A stretch of DNA of 64,000 nucleotides from NCBI GenBank assembly GCA_040902225.1, contig JBBDXT010000007.1, positions 449,112-513,111 of the forward strand, read 5' to 3'. The stretch is from Chloroflexota bacterium. Lineage in GTDB: Bacteria > Chloroflexota > Limnocylindria > QHBO01. This document shows positions 59,025 to 64,000 of this stretch, in pieces (positions within the stretch are counted from its first letter, which is position 1; each line of letters begins with the position of its first letter). The position numbers were made by a program, and so were the translations under genes. Under the pieces are notes generated by a model, which was not told the origin of the DNA, did not search any database, and saw nothing but the letters and a program-made list of their open reading frames with translations.

Positions 59025-60413
59025 CTAGAGCGGCAGCGGTCCGCGGAGGATCGCCGGCTGGTAGACAGGGCCGTCCGGCCCGGCGCTGAGGAGAGTGACC
59101 GGCACAAACAGGTCGCCTCCCATGATGATCGCTTGTCCAAGCGTGTTGATCCCACCATCGGCCAGGAATCCTGTGGTGGGACCGCTCCATGTCTCGCCAT
59201 CGGCTGAGAACCAGAGCTGGATCGTGTCGCTGGGGGGGATCTGACCGGCAGGGTCGTACGACCAGCCGGCCGATGGGAAATGGCCGCCGATCGCAACGAA
59301 TCCCTCGTCGGAAGAGACAGCCTGACTGACTCGCTGGCCCGACTCGCCCTGCAGGACGAGCGACCAGTTCAGCCCATCGCGCGAGTGCCAGATCGCCGGA
59401 GTTGCCGGATAGGTATCACCAGGGCCAGTGAGCGCCCCGGTGGCGACGAACGCGCCGTCCCGGAATGCAACCGAGGTCATCTCGGCTCCCTGCAGCGCCC
59501 CCTGCTCAGGCGCCGCCGTCCAGGTTGCGCCGTCAGTGGATACGAAGGAACTCGCGGCCGAACCGCTGCCACCAACCGCGACCATCATGCCGGCTTCTCC
59601 GATGACGTCGTTGAGGCTGCCTGTAACCCCCACGCTATCCATTGAGGTCCAATCGCGACCGTCAGCCGAGGTCCACACCTGCGGCCGGCCCGTGAAGCCA
59701 TCGTCCGAAGCAAGGCCGATGGCCACGTAGCCAGGCCCGCCGACCGCCAGCGCTTCGATCCGCTCGAAGCCACTCGGGCCGTAGACGCTAGTCCACCGCT
59801 GGCCATCGGTCGAGTACCAGATCCGCGGCGTGCTGACGTCGATGGTCTGCCACGTCCCGACCGCCACCAGTCCGCCCGGTCCCTGGACGATGGACGTCAT
59901 GGTCGTTGCTGCATAGTCGAGTGGCTCCGTTGCGGGGAGGTCGGGCGCCAGCGTCCACGAGCCGCCATCCAGGCTCGTCCACACTGCCCCCTGATCGCCG
60001 TGGCGGCCGACGCCGATCAGCCGGCCATCGACCTCGATGATCGCCCGTACCTCGTCCTCGCTGCCTAGGCCGGCGATTGGAATGACCGACAACTGCTCCT
60101 GCCCCGACGGAGCCGGGCTCGTTGTGACCGAAGGCGACTGCGTTGCGGTCTCGCTTGCGGAAGAGGTCGGGTGCGGCGTGGCGGTCGCCTCGCCGGTCGG
60201 GGGAGCAGGCCGATCATTCAGCAGGAGCACCACGATCAGGCCGGTCGCGACGCCTCCGCCAGCAACCAGGGCCCCCCACGCCAACGCACGCGCCCTCGTT
60301 GACCTTGAGCCGATGGTGGCGAGATCCGGCGCGGCCGCGCCGGGCACGCGGGCTTCAGAGGCCCGCAGTCGCTCGGTCAGGGAACGCTCGAACTCGTCGT
60401 TGTGATCAGTCAT
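59025..60413 (-). CDS. anti-sigma factor-like membrane protein with extracytoplasmic W/G-rich beta-repeat domain
   Basis: Short cytoplasmic N-terminus, one TM (ALAWGALVAGGGVATGLIVVLLL), a Ser/Thr/Pro linker, and repeated ...DG..WT... beta-propeller-like units. The ATG overlaps the sigma-factor stop (ATGACTGA). Confidence 0.55.
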   Translation of the reverse strand: MTDHNDEFERSLTERLRASEARVPGAAAPDLATIGSRSTRARALAWGALVAGGGVATGLIVVLLLNDRPAPPTGEATATPHPTSSASETATQSPSVTTSPAPSGQEQLSVIPIAGLGSEDEVRAIIEVDGRLIGVGRHGDQGAVWTSLDGGSWTLAPDLPATEPLDYAATTMTSIVQGPGGLVAVGTWQTIDVSTPRIWYSTDGQRWTSVYGPSGFERIEALAVGGPGYVAIGLASDDGFTGRPQVWTSADGRDWTSMDSVGVTGSLNDVIGEAGMMVAVGGSGSAASSFVSTDGATWTAAPEQGALQGAEMTSVAFRDGAFVATGALTGPGDTYPATPAIWHSRDGLNWSLVLQGESGQRVSQAVSSDEGFVAIGGHFPSAGWSYDPAGQIPPSDTIQLWFSADGETWSGPTTGFLADGGINTLGQAIIMGGDLFVPVTLLSAGPDGPVYQPAILRGPLPL

Positions 60414-60901
60414 CGGTCAATGCCTTTCGGAGCTGCGCCTTGGTGCGGGAAAGCCAGCTCGCGACCGTTCCAGCGGGAACTCCGAGCATCTCGGCAATCT
60501 CTGCCTGGGTGAAGCCGTCGACGGCGCTCAGCAGCAATGCCGCGCGGTGTTCGGGTCGGAGGCCCTGGAGCGCGTCGCCGAGCTCGGGATCGACCGCATC
60601 CACCCAGGGCTCCTCTTCGGTCCGCCGGCCGAACAGCGCCGTGAGGCGCACGCGTCGTCGACGCTCGTTGAAAGCCAGGCGCAGGCCGATGGTGTGCAGC
60701 CAGGCCCGGGCGTCTTGTCCGTCGAAGCGGTCCCAGGAAGGCCCGCAGGTAGGCGTCCTGTGCCAGGTCGCGCCCGGCCTCGCGATCCGCGACCACGATC
60801 GTGAGTCGGCGGACCAGCCCGGCGTAGTGCGGGCCGACGGCAGCGGCGAAGTCATCGGCGCGAGTCTGCGGTTGGGCGTTCAAGGTAACGGCGCTCTCCA
60901 C
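60406..60901 (-). pseudogene. ECF (sigma-70 family) sigma factor split by a frameshift
   Basis: Region 2 (DFAAAVGPHYAGLVRRLTIVVADREAGRDLAQDAYLRAFL) reads in the frame ending at 60901. From about 60738 the continuation (WDRFDGQDARAWLHTIGLRLAFNERRRR...region 4 AEIAEMLGVPAGTVASWLSRTKAQLR) is in the frame of ORF 60406..60855. Confidence 0.6.
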
Positions 60902-60952
60902 TTCACCCTGTACAACACCCGAGGCGTCCAGTTTCTTGCAGCGGTCTGCTGA

Positions 60953-61664
60953 TCAGCTCACCGTCGTCAGCAGGAAGGCCGTCGCGAAGCCGAAGACGGT
61001 AGCCAGCGCGGTCAGGTCGCCGCCGTCGGCGAAGGCCTCGGGGATCATCGTGTCGCTCAGCATGGTGAGGATCGCGCCCGCGGCGAAGGCCTGGATGAGC
61101 GGGATGGCGCCCTCTCCCATCCCGCCGAGCAGCGCGTAGCCGAGGGCGGAGGCGACCCCCTGAGACGGCGGCAACGCCTACCCACAGGCCGATGATCCAC
61201 GGCGGCCGATGCCCGTCCCGCCGCAGGTCCGCCGCCGCCGACAGCGCCGCGGGGACGTTCGAGATTGCGACGGCAGCCAGGAAAGGAAGACCGATCGCGC
61301 CTCCGGCGATCAGGGTCGACCCGAGGACAACCGACTCGGGGATCCCGTCGAGCATCGCCCCGAGCACGATCGCCGGCCCGTTGTCCGCCGCCTTGGCCAT
61401 GCGCTTCCCGCGCCGCGCGCCGCCCCGTCGGCCCAGTATCTGGTCGCCGGTGAAGAAGGTGAGGGCGCCCGCTGCGAGGCTAGCGGCCACCGGCAGCGTG
61501 CCTCCCTGCTCAAACGCATCCTGGGTCAGGTCGAAGGCAAGGGCGCTGACCAGAGCGCCCGCACCGAAGGCCATCGCCAGTGGCACGCGTCCGGTAAGCC
61601 CGATCAACGCGCCGAGCACCAGTGCGGACGCGGCGGCAAGTCCCCACAGACCGGCCTCGAGCAT
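60953..61664 (-). pseudogene. ZIP-family metal transporter split by a +1 G-homopolymer frameshift
   Basis: The N-terminal part (MLEAGLWGLAAASALVLG...LDGIPESVVLG...AISNVPAALSAAADL) is in the frame of 60903..61664. The C-terminal part (GVASALGYALLGG...FAAGAILTMLSDTMIPEAFADGG...) is in the frame of 60953..61174. The frames switch at tcaggggg-tcgcc (about 61160). Deleting one G restores one ORF. Confidence 0.55.
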
Positions 61665-61667
61665 CGC

Positions 61668-62414
61668 TCAATCGTCGCCGAACGGGTTGGGGCGGGAGGG
61701 CTTGGGCGGGAGGCGGAAGAGGTCCTCCTCCTTGGGGCCCTTGGGAAGTGGCAGCGGCCACTCCTCGCCCTCGTCGGGCGGTCGGGTGTGCGACAGGAGG
61801 TCGCCCCAGCCAACGTCCGCGGAGGCTCCCTCCAGCTCACGGCGGTAGACCGGGTAGCGCTCCTCGCCGGCCGCGAGCGCGAAGCCGGCTGCCTCGTAGA
61901 CGGACGCAGGCCCCGGCGAGAGTGACCACCGGTCGGCCACCCCTTCCGGATACGCCTCGACCGCTATGATCCCGCGTCGATCGAGCTCGTCGCAGACAGC
62001 GGCAAGGAGCGAAGCGGCAACCTCCTCCCGCTCCGGCGTCTCGGGCACGACCTGGAGACAGGTCACCACCCATGGCGCGGGTGAATCGGGGAGGGAAGGG
62101 TAGCGCTCGCGGATGACCTGGGCGCGTGGGTAGGCGGAGATCGGCCCGAATTGGGCCCAGCCGACGGCGACCCGGTCGCCAGTCGCATCCACGCTCCAGG
62201 CGAGCATCCCGTACGAACCTGCCAGCCGGGCACCGGCCATCAGGCGGCTGAGCTTCAGTTCGGCGGCTGCCTCCGACTCGGACGCCTCGCGGTTGCCGTC
62301 CAGGCGCTCCCAGTAGTCGCAGGTCTGGCATCGGGCACCGGCCGTGGCGGGAACGGGAATCGAGGCAAACGAATCTGCGTCGACGAGGGTGAAGGTCAGG
62401 CCGGTGCCGGCCAT
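61668..62414 (-). CDS. GNAT-family acetyltransferase-like protein
   Basis: 248 aa with an acetyl-CoA-binding-like segment (DELDRRGIIAVEAYP). Weak assignment. Its stop abuts the hutH stop-start region. Confidence 0.4.
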   Translation of the reverse strand: MAGTGLTFTLVDADSFASIPVPATAGARCQTCDYWERLDGNREASESEAAAELKLSRLMAGARLAGSYGMLAWSVDATGDRVAVGWAQFGPISAYPRAQVIRERYPSLPDSPAPWVVTCLQVVPETPEREEVAASLLAAVCDELDRRGIIAVEAYPEGVADRWSLSPGPASVYEAAGFALAAGEERYPVYRRELEGASADVGWGDLLSHTRPPDEGEEWPLPLPKGPKEEDLFRLPPKPSRPNPFGDD

Positions 62415-62417
62415 CGG

Positions 62418-63857
62418 TCAGGACCCGTCGGCGGCGGCCAGCAAGTCGCCGGAGTGGACCAGCTCGCGGACTGCAGCGATGTCCGGTGACGGAGAACGGT
62501 CCTTGTCAAGGTGGAGGACGCGGGCGCGGATGGTCGAGCGTGCGCGCGAGACGCCGTGGCCCGGACGCATCGGCACCCGGAAATCCAATCCCTGGGTGGC
62601 GCACAGCGCCTCGATGGCAAGGACCGTCTCCGCAGCCTCGAGCACGGTGCGCAGGTGGAGCGCCCCGGTGGCGCCCATGCTCACGTGGTCCTCCTGGTTG
62701 GCACTGGTCGGGATGGTGTCGACCGATGCCGGATGGGCCAGCGTCTGCATCTCGTTGACGAGTGCTCCGGCGGTGTACTGCACGATCATCAGGCCGCTGC
62801 TCACTCCCGGCGTCTCGGAGAGGAAAGGCGGCAGGCCCGACAGGTGAGCGTCGACCAGCCGGGCGGTTCGACGCTCCGAGATGGACGCCAGCTCAGCGAG
62901 GGCGATCTTGGCGTAGTCGATGGCGAGCGCGATCGGCTCGCCGTGGAAGTTGCCGCCCGAGACGACCCGGCCATCGGCGAGGACAAGCGGATTGTCGGTG
63001 GCGGCGTTCATCTCTACCAGCAGGACCCGCTCGAGCTGGTCGAGTGCATCGCGCACCGCGCCGTGGACCTGCGGCATGCAACGAATCGAGTACGAGTCCT
63101 GGAGCCGATGCGAGCTCTGCGCGTGCGACGCCCCGATCTCGCTGCCCTCGAGCAGGGCGCGGAGGTGGGTGGCGGCCGCAACCTGGCCGGGGTGCGGTCG
63201 GGCGGCGATGAGCTCCGCGTCGAACGCTGCCGCGGTCCCTTCCATCGCCTCGAGGCTCATCGCGCCGATGACGTCGGCCGAGGCGGCGAGGCGCTTGCCG
63301 TCATGCAGCACCAGGGCGGCGATGCCGGCCATCAGCTGCGTCCCGTTGAGGAGGGCGAGCCCCTCCTTTGCGCCCAGCTCGATCGGGACCAGGCCCGCGG
63401 CGCTGAGCGCATCGGCGCCGGACATCGGTCCGGCGGGGGTATCCGCCGATCCCTCGCCGATCAGCACGGCCGCCAGGTGCGCGAGCGGCGCGAGGTCGCC
63501 GCTGGCCCCGACGCTGCCTCGCGACGGGATGATCGGGTGCACCGCCTCGTTGAGCATCCCGCACAGCAGCTCGGCGATCTCGGGCCGAGCGCCGGAGAGG
63601 CCGACCGCTAGGGCATTGGCGCGCAGCAGGAGCATGGCCCGCACCACGTCGACCGGGAGCGGCTCACCGACCCCGGCGGTGTGCGATCGCACCAGGTTGC
63701 GCTGGAGCTCGGCGACCTGCTCCGGCTGGATCCGAACGTTGGCGAGGTCGCCGAAGCCGGTGGTCACCCCGTACACCGTCTCGCCCTGCGCCACGAGCCG
63801 CTCGATCACCTCGCGGGACGCCCGCATCCGCTCCGCGGCGCCGGGGTCGAGCGCCAC
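62418..63857 (-). CDS. hutH: histidine ammonia-lyase
   Basis: MIO-forming motif GSVGASGDLAPLAHL. The ORF as called starts with GTG. The in-frame region upstream (to about 63925) encodes SSPLLITGRDLTNADVAAVARDGRQVAL, which is typical of the HutH N-terminus, so the true start is further upstream. An AAAGGAG RBS lies at 63955..63961. Confidence 0.85.
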   Translation of the reverse strand: MALDPGAAERMRASREVIERLVAQGETVYGVTTGFGDLANVRIQPEQVAELQRNLVRSHTAGVGEPLPVDVVRAMLLLRANALAVGLSGARPEIAELLCGMLNEAVHPIIPSRGSVGASGDLAPLAHLAAVLIGEGSADTPAGPMSGADALSAAGLVPIELGAKEGLALLNGTQLMAGIAALVLHDGKRLAASADVIGAMSLEAMEGTAAAFDAELIAARPHPGQVAAATHLRALLEGSEIGASHAQSSHRLQDSYSIRCMPQVHGAVRDALDQLERVLLVEMNAATDNPLVLADGRVVSGGNFHGEPIALAIDYAKIALAELASISERRTARLVDAHLSGLPPFLSETPGVSSGLMIVQYTAGALVNEMQTLAHPASVDTIPTSANQEDHVSMGATGALHLRTVLEAAETVLAIEALCATQGLDFRVPMRPGHGVSRARSTIRARVLHLDKDRSPSPDIAAVRELVHSGDLLAAADGS

Positions 63858-64000
63858 CTGGCGGCCATCACGGGCGACCGCGGCGACGTCCGCATTCGTC
63901 AGGTCGCGCCCGGTGATGAGCAGCGGTGAGGACGGCGCGGGGAGCGTGGAGCGGCTCCTTTCGAGGGGCTTCGATCCGCTTCGAACCCCCGGGGAGGCCG

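Noticed and set aside
1-64000. CRISPR arrays, IS elements, integrases, phage genes
   Set aside because: No short regularly spaced direct repeats, transposase or integrase motifs were found. The only repeats are the cassette-associated hairpins, the coding tandem repeats and the 1039-bp duplication.
63858-64000. Separate small ORF upstream of hutH
   Set aside because: The in-frame upstream sequence encodes HutH-like N-terminal residues, so it is an N-terminal extension of hutH with an unidentified start codon rather than a separate gene.

Overview
This 64-kb window is a high-GC (about 70%) bacterial chromosomal segment with no rRNA, tRNA or CRISPR that I could recognise. Gene content (an F420-type nitroreductase, ThyX, a PIG-L/LmbE-like deacetylase, a SipW-type signal peptidase) suggests an actinobacterial or Chloroflexi-like organism, but I cannot confirm that without a search.

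Most of the window is ordinary metabolism, but tightly packed:
- A minus-strand gene array of about 12 kb (74..11954): an ECF-type transporter (two EcfA ATPases, EcfT, an unusually long S-component-like protein) next to a nucleoside hydrolase, then a leucine-catabolism (liu) set: HMG-CoA lyase, methylcrotonyl-CoA carboxylase (MCC) alpha carrying an extra N-terminal HTH domain, methylglutaconyl-CoA hydratase and MCC beta. An LRR protein and an SseB-like protein sit inside the liu set.
- thyX, a GGDEF protein translationally coupled to two paralogous two-TM mini-proteins, a PIG-L deacetylase, a PduO-type cobalamin adenosyltransferase behind a long structured leader, two aldehyde dehydrogenases, an OmpR-type two-component pair, and fumC.
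- A c-di-GMP signalling trio: REC-HD-GYP, an unknown protein, and a hybrid histidine kinase.
- A SipW-type signal-peptidase cluster with three secreted proteins (two small paralogs plus a protein with a TWNNQP motif).
- GABA/proline-type catabolism (gabT, CoA-transferase A/B, P5C dehydrogenase), pyrD, tdh-kbl, argS, histidine utilisation genes (hutU, hutH, ftcD-like) and an ECF sigma / anti-sigma pair.

The most unusual region is 46.4-50.2 kb, a repeat-structured array of minus-strand secreted-protein cassettes. Each cassette shares a conserved 5' leader, the same GTG start and M-(N/S/I)-T-R signal-peptide beginning, an acidic tandem-repeat linker, a near-identical C-terminal anchor (SSPLPTIAFSLILLASLGALAYANVK + basic tail) and a pair of conserved GC hairpins. 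The passenger domains differ between cassettes. One 1039-bp unit is present twice, apparently identically, and a 36-aa mini-cassette sits between the two copies.

Three loci (a csaA-like gene, the ECF sigma factor and a ZIP transporter) are broken by single-base, homopolymer-type frameshifts. This means either pseudogenes or an indel-prone assembly.
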